IMG/VR virus record: IMGVR_UViG_3300048881_000514
Span: 1 to 45,811 of that record
Strand: one strand, 5' to 3'
DNA length: 45,811 bases
Source: a virus
Lineage: Duplodnaviria; Caudoviricetes
Part shown: positions 35,027-43,900 of the stretch, in pieces
Layout of the letters: the number at the start of each line of letters is the position of its first letter
Position numbering within the stretch: the first letter of the stretch is position 1
The notes under the pieces: model-generated
Databases searched by the model: none
Seen by the model: only the letters and a program-made list of their open reading frames with translations
Told to the model about the DNA's origin: nothing
Position numbers and translations under genes: made by a program

Positions 35027-35469
35027 ATTCAATTTCAATACAGGCTTACAGCCTTTATTCACAGGGGATGACTTACCGAGAAATAAGTCAGGCTCTTGGA
35101 CTCAAGAAAGATCAAGTTAAGTATAGAGTCGTAAAGTACGCTCGATTAACAGGATCTCCTTACCCTCTCCCTAAAAGAAAGTATAATGGGGGTTATCTAT
35201 ATGCTTTATACAAAAATGGGATGAATGTGAAGGATATATCCTCACTTATGAGTCTACATAAAGACAAAGTTTATCTTAGGGTTAAAAAATATTGTGAGAG
35301 CCAAGGGATACCAAATCCTTTTGTGGATCGTAGACCTGCTTTTGCATACAAATTAAGAACGGAGCGGAGATTAAGCTATCTAATCACCGCAAAAATTGCA
35401 GGGTTTAGTGATAGGAGTTCTTGTTATAGGGCGATTAAAAGGTATGAGGCGAAGTTAAAAAGTAAATAG
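35014..35469 (+). CDS. multi-HTH DNA-binding protein
   Basis: GMTYREISQALG, GMNVKDIS, LSY...AK.AG...SSCYRAI; start uncertain. Confidence 0.7.
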   Translation: MGRLDSISIQAYSLYSQGMTYREISQALGLKKDQVKYRVVKYARLTGSPYPLPKRKYNGGYLYALYKNGMNVKDISSLMSLHKDKVYLRVKKYCESQGIPNPFVDRRPAFAYKLRTERRLSYLITAKIAGFSDRSSCYRAIKRYEAKLKSK

Positions 35470-35513
35470 TATATCTATATCTTGCCCATTTAAAAGACCA
35501 TAGGAGTGAGGAA

Positions 35514-36491
35514 ATGAATCCAATAAAAGCAGATAAGATTCAATTTGGAAGTGCCGTAAACCTACCTAATATCCATAGAGGTACATCAAACGAACTTGTT
35601 CTTTACGATTCTGCGGTAGGCGATATTTCCTTATCTAATCTACTCTCAGAAAGAAGCATAACCAATGTTGTAACAGTCTCTAAAACTACACATGGTAGAG
35701 ACTTTAGTACCATACAAGAAGCCATAGACTTCCTCCCACAAGCAGGGGGCTTTATCGTTGTTTATGAAGGTACTTACTCTGAGTCTCTTTCCATTACTAA
35801 ACCTGTTGCTCTTTTAGGTAGAGGTTCTGTTGTTATAGAATCAACTGATGCACCCTGCATTTCTTTAACTTCTTTCGATTTAAAATGCTGTGGTTTGAAC
35901 TTCGTCTTAAAAGATTTGCTGGGTAATAATAACCCTGCGATTATTAATGTTTCTTCTACAGATACCTCGAAGAAAGTTTCTTTTTACGACTGTGCTTTTG
36001 ACAATACTGCTCACTTAACTTCTTCTTTCTTCTCAGTTCAGATTTCTTCTTTGTACCTCCACAGTAATCTATTTTTGGGGTCAGGTTTGATTGCGATTAG
36101 TGGGGCTAGTTCTTGTGTGATTGTGAGTGGGGATTTACCGAGTGTTAGTCTTTCTAATATGACTCAAAGATCCTATATCTCCACTGCTCAAGTCTTAGAG
36201 GTTACGCTTGTCGATTCACTTCTTTCTTTGACAGGTAACGCTAACTCTATTACAGGGGATGCAACGAGCAAGCTCATAAAAGAGAATGTGCGTGGTCAAG
36301 TTGTCTTTGATAACGAACTTGAGAAAGTTATTGAGTTTAGCTGTCCTCTTTCTTCAGACAGCTATTCGATTAACATAGAGCCTAATTCTCAAAGAATACT
36401 CCCTGTTATCTCTGCACGAACTTCTACAGGTTTTACTTTAACTTTCCAAAATAACTTGACCGAGACAATTCGTTGGTCAGTAGCTCAATAA
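35514..36491 (+). CDS. beta-helix (pectin-lyase-like) structural/tail-associated protein
   Basis: DFSTIQEAID...I.V..GTYSE.L.I.KPV.L.G; C-terminal domain shared with 39188..39601. Confidence 0.65.
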   Translation: MNPIKADKIQFGSAVNLPNIHRGTSNELVLYDSAVGDISLSNLLSERSITNVVTVSKTTHGRDFSTIQEAIDFLPQAGGFIVVYEGTYSESLSITKPVALLGRGSVVIESTDAPCISLTSFDLKCCGLNFVLKDLLGNNNPAIINVSSTDTSKKVSFYDCAFDNTAHLTSSFFSVQISSLYLHSNLFLGSGLIAISGASSCVIVSGDLPSVSLSNMTQRSYISTAQVLEVTLVDSLLSLTGNANSITGDATSKLIKENVRGQVVFDNELEKVIEFSCPLSSDSYSINIEPNSQRILPVISARTSTGFTLTFQNNLTETIRWSVAQ

Positions 36492-36538
36492 TCTTATATG
36501 TATAAGGGTGTATTAACCCAAATTATATAAGAGGTAAA

Positions 36539-37816
36539 ATGAGTTTAGATACAAAGTATAGACCCAAAAACTATGAAGATGTATTAGGTCAATCGGGTTC
36601 AATGAAGACCCTTAAAGGGATTGTCTCAGAGGGTGCAGGGTGGAAGCAGTCTTATCTTTTTGCAGGTCCTTTTGGTTCGGGTAAAACCACGCTTGGGAGA
36701 ATACTAGCAAGAGCTTTACTTTGTGAGAGTCCTATTGATGGAGAGCCTTGTAATAAGTGTTCAAGCTGTGAAAGTATGCTTTCGGGAGAGAGTGATGCTT
36801 TTATTGAAGTGGATGCAGCAACAAACAGTGGTAAAGATGATGTTAAGAAAGTCTTAAGTGAGATTGACTACAATGCTTTCTCAGGTCGAAGAAAACTTTA
36901 TCTTTTTGACGAATCACATCAACTCTCAACGTCTGCTTTAGACGCTCTTTTAAAACCTATGGAGGATAATCGGAAGGGTTCAGAAGAGAAGAGGCTTGTC
37001 TGCATTTTCTGTACAACAGAGCCTGAAAAAATGAGAGCCACTGTTCTTTCAAGATGTGCTCCTGCATTTATCATTCACCATGTTGACTCTGAAGAAATTG
37101 CTGATCGTCTTTCTTGGGTGTGTGATCAAGAAAGTTTTGAATATGACAGAGAATCTTTAGTTTTGATTGCAGACTTTACTGAGGGGCATATTCGGGATGC
37201 TTTAAAAGCTATTGAGGGTGTTGCTTCTTCTAATTCTAAGAAGGTCACATTAGAAGCAGTGCGTTCTTATCTTCATGTAGATAGAAACGACTTGATCTGT
37301 AAACTTTTAGTGAGTGAGGGGGCTGACATCCTCAGAATTTCCGATGAGGTTTTATCAAGCACTCCTGTTGGGGTTGCTTTTGACAGGCTTCTTTCTGCAA
37401 CGATGTTTTCGATTGGCCTTGGTCTTGGTGCAGGTACGCCACCTCCGTATTGGAATAAGGATATTCTTTCTGAAGCTTGGGAGAAGAAGGGAGAGGGTCT
37501 AATCCATTTAGCGGAAGCGATTTCTTCTAAGCCGAGGAAATCAACTGAAGCGTTATTTAAATGTGAACTCTTAAAGTGGTCAAAAGGGTCAAACTTTTTC
37601 TCTAACGGGATTATGGCGGGGGGGTCGGTCTCCCCTCAAGAAGAAAAAAAGAAAGAAAACAAAAAAAATAATGAGGTTGGAAATTCAACTCCTAGCCCTG
37701 TAAACAGAAAAAACGCACCCCCAAATAAAGAAACAATAGAAAATACTCAAGAAGTGTCGTTGATGTTGTTCGCATCTTGGGTAAAAAAGTATAAGGGTTC
37801 AAGCCAAAAAAAATAA
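36539..37816 (+). CDS. dnaX: DNA polymerase III gamma/tau clamp-loader subunit
   Basis: KYRP..Y.DV.GQ, YLF.GP.GSGKTT, C...PC.KC.SC, EVDAA, DESH.L, LLK.ME, TTEP.K...TV.SRC, G..RDAL. Confidence 0.93.
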   Translation: MSLDTKYRPKNYEDVLGQSGSMKTLKGIVSEGAGWKQSYLFAGPFGSGKTTLGRILARALLCESPIDGEPCNKCSSCESMLSGESDAFIEVDAATNSGKDDVKKVLSEIDYNAFSGRRKLYLFDESHQLSTSALDALLKPMEDNRKGSEEKRLVCIFCTTEPEKMRATVLSRCAPAFIIHHVDSEEIADRLSWVCDQESFEYDRESLVLIADFTEGHIRDALKAIEGVASSNSKKVTLEAVRSYLHVDRNDLICKLLVSEGADILRISDEVLSSTPVGVAFDRLLSATMFSIGLGLGAGTPPPYWNKDILSEAWEKKGEGLIHLAEAISSKPRKSTEALFKCELLKWSKGSNFFSNGIMAGGSVSPQEEKKKENKKNNEVGNSTPSPVNRKNAPPNKETIENTQEVSLMLFASWVKKYKGSSQKK

Positions 37817-37844
37817 CTTTCCCTTTCACGGAGGTATGCCGTAG

Positions 37845-38381
37845 ATGAGAAGAACTGTATCTTGGGTCGTCATGCAAACCTCCCTTAAAGGAGAAGAAGA
37901 AGCTAAACTTGGGTTGTTAGTTAAAAGACTCAGCTCGTTATCAAATATTAGCTCTCAAGACATTTATGTTCCAATTTTAAGAAGTGGCTCAACAAAAGCG
38001 ACTTTCTTGATTGAAGGGTATATTTTTGTTAAGTCGGGATACCCTTCAACTTCTTATTGGGATCTTGCGAGATCTTTATATATTGAGAAGATGATCAGTC
38101 AGTATGACAGCGTTAGTGATATGATCAGCCAAGGGACTATTTCAGATAGAAATCTGAAAGAAATGATCTCTGAGGCTTATAAGCTTGGGGGGAGTTATAA
38201 AGTCGGTGATAAAGTTGGGATAATAGAAGGGGACTTTAAAGGTTGTTCAGGGGTAGTCCAAACAATCATTAAAGAGAATGAGGGGTTAAACGGAGGTTTC
38301 TACACGATACTTCTGACTTTAAGAAGTGCAGAAGTTATTGTTACTATTGACGTTTTTTCTATAGGAGATCACAATGGATAG
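37845..38381 (+). CDS. nusG: NusG-family transcription factor
   Basis: W.V.QT..G.E...IYVP...L.EGYIFV (NGN domain); KVGDKV.I.EG.F.G..G.V (KOW). Confidence 0.8.
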   Translation: MRRTVSWVVMQTSLKGEEEAKLGLLVKRLSSLSNISSQDIYVPILRSGSTKATFLIEGYIFVKSGYPSTSYWDLARSLYIEKMISQYDSVSDMISQGTISDRNLKEMISEAYKLGGSYKVGDKVGIIEGDFKGCSGVVQTIIKENEGLNGGFYTILLTLRSAEVIVTIDVFSIGDHNG

Positions 38382-38943
38382 TCAGATAATGGAAAGAATC
38401 TTTTCCAATGCACACTCTTTAAGCAACTACCCCTCTTACCATAAAGAGATCGATGAAGAAATGACACAGAGACTTTCTAGTGTTGTTGATCATATGGGTA
38501 GGATCAGCCCTATAGAAGCGGATATGATTGACCTTCACATTCTTAAAGGTGTCCCACAGTCAGCATTGGGCAAAATCTTTGGGTACACACAACCCAACAT
38601 TCATTACAGAGTTAATAGGGCGATTGATAGGCTTAAAGTCTTATTAACAATACCGTTGTTCTCTGAACTCTTTTTAGAGGAAACACTTTCTCGATACTTT
38701 TCTGATAAGAAGGACATTAAGGTAATGGTACTTCTCTATCTCTATTCTAGTCAGAGTCATGCGGCTAGAATTATAGGAGAATCTCAAGGGAAAGTAAGGT
38801 ATAGGTTTTTAAGATGTCTAAACTCATTAGCGAAGATCGAAGAACTGTCCGAAGTTCATCAAGCTCTGAACACGGTCAACCTAAATCTAACCCTGCTGAG
38901 AAAGAGCGAAAAAAAGGAGAGCAAAAGGAAAGTTCTTCTATAA
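38374..38943 (+). CDS. sigma-70 region-4-like tandem HTH protein
   Basis: ISP.E...I.L....G..Q..LG...G.TQ..I..R..RA..RLK, plus a second SQS..AR.IG.SQ..V.YR HTH. Confidence 0.7.
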   Translation: MDSQIMERIFSNAHSLSNYPSYHKEIDEEMTQRLSSVVDHMGRISPIEADMIDLHILKGVPQSALGKIFGYTQPNIHYRVNRAIDRLKVLLTIPLFSELFLEETLSRYFSDKKDIKVMVLLYLYSSQSHAARIIGESQGKVRYRFLRCLNSLAKIEELSEVHQALNTVNLNLTLLRKSEKKESKRKVLL

Positions 38944-39188
38944 GCATTATCGGTAAGAAGTTAGCTGATAAGTGGATCTCAAAGATTATTCAGAAAGAGT
39001 ATTCGATCACTATCTACCCTAGATACGCTAACTTTACTGAGAGATTTTTAAGAACCATAAAAGATAAAGAGGATTGGGTCTGTATCGTTAAAGACAACAA
39101 ACTTATAGTGACCTCTAATGATCCTTTCAAAATCGTATCTCTCATGGCTTATCTTAAAGGTAAAGGCTACTTCGTGGAGGAAGGCTAA
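38940..39188 (+). CDS. small hypothetical protein (start uncertain: ATA at 38940 or ATG at 38814)
   Basis: Open frame filling the gap; stop coupled (TAATG) to 39188. Confidence 0.5.
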   Translation: MSIIGKKLADKWISKIIQKEYSITIYPRYANFTERFLRTIKDKEDWVCIVKDNKLIVTSNDPFKIVSLMAYLKGKGYFVEEG

Positions 39189-39601
39189 TGATATTACAAG
39201 AAACTTCTCTTTCTTATAATCACCCTACAACTCTAGGCTTTTTTAAGTTCTCTGTTAGTGCAAATAAATATGGCTCAATATCCGTATCTAACGTGTCAAA
39301 AGATAACCTCGCTTATTCGGGGAGTTATCCTTTAGCTGTGCAGAAAGCTATTAATGAAGCCGTTTCTAAATTGGAGTTTATTATGTCGAACATATCAACT
39401 TTAACAGGTTCTTTAACTTTAACTAATCAATCTGAAGCAAGCGTTAACTTCGACACACCGATGCCCAACACATCATATAGAGTAGTCTTCTCTGTGGATG
39501 ACTTTGTTTTTGTGCGGGTGAAGAGCCGAACTACTACAGGCTTTACGCTAGAGTTATCGACTGCTTTTACAGGGGACTTGAAGTACGATGTTATCGTATA
39601 A
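39188..39601 (+). CDS. structural/tail-associated small beta protein
   Basis: V.FDTPM..TSY.V...KSRTTTGFTL, similar to the C-terminus of 35514..36491. Confidence 0.65.
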   Translation: MILQETSLSYNHPTTLGFFKFSVSANKYGSISVSNVSKDNLAYSGSYPLAVQKAINEAVSKLEFIMSNISTLTGSLTLTNQSEASVNFDTPMPNTSYRVVFSVDDFVFVRVKSRTTTGFTLELSTAFTGDLKYDVIV

Positions 39602-39649
39602 AATCCCTTACCCTAAGTTTAAATAGCTATTTTTTCTTAGGGTAGTAGT

Positions 39650-40198
39650 TTGTTTATCTTTCAAAGCATTAAAGCCCACATGAAGGAGATAGTCATGAAT
39701 AAGTCTACGTTTGAAAAGATTAAGAAAATGTTTAACCAAGAGAATCTTTGGTGTACTTTTGACTTAAACAAAAAAATAATAACAGTTGAGATCTCTGAGG
39801 GATTAGAGTCAGCTAAGTCAGACGCTCTTTTGGAGGCTAGGAGAGAGGTAAAGAGATTAATTAAGAGTTTTAAGCTCACTGAGGAATCATTAGAGATCAT
39901 TGGTGCTGATACTTTAGTTGCAAACACCGTTGAGTTTACAGCTCTTGAGCTAAAAAACGCTTTCTCTAAGTCTAAATTAGAAGGGTTGATGGAAGCTACG
40001 GAAAGAGGACTAGAGGTCAACACTCAAGATTTTGGGCTTCCTTTAAAAACTAGATACAAAAGAGATATGAGTGCTAATGCAGACACCTATCGGAATACGT
40101 TAAGAAAAATAGTTGAAAAGGGTCTTATTGGAGAAGCCTTTAGTGATGAAGTGGTTATGAATGATGACGGGATGTTTTTCACTCTAAAATTTCTTTAA
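39650..40198 (+). CDS. hypothetical protein
   Basis: ORF; likely start is MNKSTF after AAGGAG. Confidence 0.65.
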   Translation: MFIFQSIKAHMKEIVMNKSTFEKIKKMFNQENLWCTFDLNKKIITVEISEGLESAKSDALLEARREVKRLIKSFKLTEESLEIIGADTLVANTVEFTALELKNAFSKSKLEGLMEATERGLEVNTQDFGLPLKTRYKRDMSANADTYRNTLRKIVEKGLIGEAFSDEVVMNDDGMFFTLKFL

Positions 40199-40214
40199 CT
40201 CAACGAAGATACCT

Positions 40215-40886
40215 TTAAGACACTTTCCTTTCATAATATTGACCCACTATCTTTCTAGCCTTAAGAGGGCTTAGTAAAATGGTACTCAAACTAAGATGGT
40301 CAGCTCCTGCTTCTTCATATCTTAAAAGTGTCTCAAGGTCATAAATGCCCCCTCCACCTATGACCTTGACGTGAGGGCGGAAAGATTTAACCTCTCTTAT
40401 TTTTTTTAAGTTCCTGAGTACGAGAGACGAACCTGAAATGCCCCCTCTTTCTGAAGGTCGGGTGTTTGAAATATGGAGAGTGTCTACTCCTAGATCTATG
40501 AGCCTCAAATAAAAACACAAAGATGCAAAATGTGGTGTTTTTACAATGACGTGTTCAAAGCATTCTTTCAGTTCAGACAAAGACTCAGAAGGAATCGCTT
40601 TTACTTGAGGGTTGAAGCAAGAAAGGTTCACCTCAACTCCAAGTATTTTCTCTTTCTTTTTCAGTTCGGAGATGATCGGTTTCCATTCGGACTGATCAAA
40701 GACACTTACAGAAATAATATCTTTAGAATTTGGTGCTGTTTCAACACCCCCATTTTTGAGGGTCGTTAAAACCCTCCATAGTCCTCTTCTTCTTTCTAAG
40801 GTGTAAGTCCCAAGTATACGAGTTGATTTCGGGGGGCTAAGAATCTTAAGGTTGCTGAAGGGTGGGGAAAGTATGATTTTTTCCAT
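40215..40886 (-). CDS. short dihydroorotate dehydrogenase-like FMN TIM-barrel protein
   Basis: EVNLSCFN, IVK, SNT, GGISG, IGGGGI, Y..AGAD. Confidence 0.75.
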   Translation of the reverse strand: MEKIILSPPFSNLKILSPPKSTRILGTYTLERRRGLWRVLTTLKNGGVETAPNSKDIISVSVFDQSEWKPIISELKKKEKILGVEVNLSCFNPQVKAIPSESLSELKECFEHVIVKTPHFASLCFYLRLIDLGVDTLHISNTRPSERGGISGSSLVLRNLKKIREVKSFRPHVKVIGGGGIYDLETLLRYEEAGADHLSLSTILLSPLKARKIVGQYYERKVS

Positions 40887-40960
40887 TCTATCTTCTTTGT
40901 TTGTTGATTGTTATTTTATATCCCCATTGAAGTAGAGATAAAAATTAAAGGAGTCCAACT

Positions 40961-43900
40961 ATGAGTTCTTTCGGCACAGGCACATCTAACACAGGTGGAT
41001 CAAGTATAGCTTTAACAGCATTTTCAGGAACTAATGGAGTTCAAGCTGGCACAGACGGTCTAGTTCCCGGCCCTTCTACCGATCAAAAAGGATATATTCT
41101 TGGTGCAGGGGGTGATTGGACTCTTACTTTAGGTACTTCAACTACCACTGTTGTTGTAGCTGGGGATCTCACTGTTCAAGGAGATACTACAACAGTAAAT
41201 ACTACCAATTTAGATGTAGAAGATACTGTTATCAGATTAAATAAAGGTGTCTCTGGTGGGGCTAACTCTAACGACATCGGATTGTTCTTTGAGCGTGGAA
41301 CAACAGGGGATAATGCTATTCTTTTTTGGGATGAAGGTGATGACATCTTCAAACTTGGCACTACCACTGATGCACACACTGCAACAGATTTTGGCGGAAA
41401 CCTCACCTTTGGAGAGTTGAAGCTATTAACCCTTACATCCACAGGTGCTGTTACTGTCGGCTCTACTTTAGGAGTTACAGGAGTTTCTAATCTAAATGGT
41501 GGAATCTCTGTGGGTACTGATAAGTTTACAGTCAGTGACGCAGGTGTGGTTGTTTCTAAGGGTGGTATTACCGACATTACTGCTGTTTCAGTTTTCAAAA
41601 CTGGGACGAAGATCGGAAATATTACTCTTTCTGACAATAAGATTGAAGCAACAAACGATACTCTTTCTCTCTCACAGACTATTACTTTAGGGGCAACCAC
41701 AGCTACAGCAACCACTATTAAAGCCCCCACACAAACCACAGCGAATGGAGATGGGGCTAGTCTTACGATTGCTTCTGGTGTCGCCCAAAGTAATCTAGGA
41801 GATGGTGGCTCGATTGTCTTCCAAACAGGGGGGGTTGATGGAGGAGCACTTGCTACTGTACTTACCCTAGATAATGAGAAGAAAGCAACTTTCGCAGGGG
41901 AAGTAGAAATAGCAGGTGTCTTCAGTGTTACAGGGAATCTAGCTGGGATAGACAATCTTGCATTAGACTCTATTTCTGCTGACGCAAATGACATCTCTAT
42001 TTCTTTAACTGATAATAGAGCTTCTTCCCTTGATATTACTGAAGCAGGTAATTCTTACCTTAAGTTTACAACTACTGATGATGGAGAGAAAGTAGTATTC
42101 GGTAAGATTTTTGAAGGTGTTACAGCTTCTAAGATTGGTGATGTTGAGATCAGCAATGGTCAGATCCAAACCACTAATGCAAATAATAACTTGTCATTCA
42201 ACGATAATAATTTATCTACCACAGGCACTTTAGGTGCAGGTGTCGCTACCTTAGCTTCGGGATCAAAAATAGGCGATTTAACCTTAGAGAATGGGTCTAT
42301 TTCCTCTGATGGGGTCGCTATTTCTTTCGGAGATGAGAATCTGAGTACCACAGGCACTTTAGGTGCAGGTGTCGCTACTCTCGCTTCTACTTCAACGGTT
42401 GGGGCTCTAACTTTAGCGGATGGATCTATCACGGATTCAAGCGGAGCTATTTCTTTCGGGAATGAAAATCTGAGTACCACAGGCACTTTAGGTGCAGGTG
42501 CAACTACTGTTACTTCTTTAAGTGCTACTGATGGAAATATCACTAATGTAGGGGATATTTCACTAGATTCTATCTCTGCTGACGCAAATGATATTTCTAT
42601 TTCTTTGACTGATAATAGAGCTTCTTCCCTTGATATCACCCAAGGAGCTAATTCTTATCTTAAATTCACTACTACAGATGGTGGAGAAAAAGCTGTTTTC
42701 GGTAAAATCTTTGAGGCTATAACTGCTTCTAAGATTGGGAATCTTACTCTCGCTAATGGATCTATAACAGATTCAAGCGGAGCTATTTCTTTCGGAGATG
42801 AGAATCTGAGTACCACAGGCACTTTAGGTGCAGGTGTCGCTACTCTCGCTTCTTCTTCAACTGTTGGGGCTCTAACTCTCGCTGATGGTTCTATAACTGA
42901 TAGTAGTGGAGCTATTTCTTTCGGAGATGAAAATCTTGTAACCACAGGCACTTTAGGTGCAGGTGCAACTACTGTTACTTCTTTGGATGCTTCAAGTGGT
43001 GGAGTTACCAATGCGGGTGCGATCAGTGGTGTTTCAAGCATCGCAGGTACTTCAATGGACATCACTTTAGCGAATGATGACGCTGATGCTCTTGAAATTA
43101 TGGGAGATGTTGGAGCAGGTGATGCAGGTGATCACGCTTATCTCTCTTTTGTCACTACAAATACCGCAGAAGAAGTTGTAGTTAATCAAGAGGGTGAAGA
43201 TATTGACTTCAGAGTTGAGGGAGATGGAGAGGCTAACTTAATCTTTGCTCGTGCGAGTGATGATAAAGTTGGCATCAAGACAGCAAACCCAGCTTTTGAT
43301 CTCGATATTACAGGCACATTGGGTGTGAGTGGTCTTGCAGATCTTAATGGGGGTATTGATGTTAATGGTTCTAAATTCACAGTAAGTACAGCAGGTGTGG
43401 TTGTTGCAGTAGGTGGACTCACAGGAGATGTTACAGGTAATGCCGATACCTCTACTGAAGCTACCAATGTTACAGCAGTTGCGAATAACGCAACTGATGA
43501 AACTGTTTATCTCACCTTTGTTGATGGTGCGACAGGAACTCAAGGAATTGAAACCGACACAGGTCTTAATTATAATCCAAGTACAGGAGTCTTAACGACA
43601 ACAAGTGTAACAGGAAACTTAACAGGGAATGTGACGGGTAATGCCGATACCTCTACTGAAGCTACTAATGTTACAGCAGTTGCAAATAATGCAGGTAATG
43701 AAACTGTTTACCTAACCTTTGTTGATGGGGCAACAGGAACTCAAGGGATTGAAACTGACACAGGTCTTAATTATAACCCAAGTACAGGAATCTTAGCGAC
43801 AACAAGTGTAACAGGTAATCTTACAGGGGATGTCACAGGTAACGCAGATACTTCTACCACAGTAACAGGTGCGGCTCAAGCTAATATCACTTCAGTAGGT

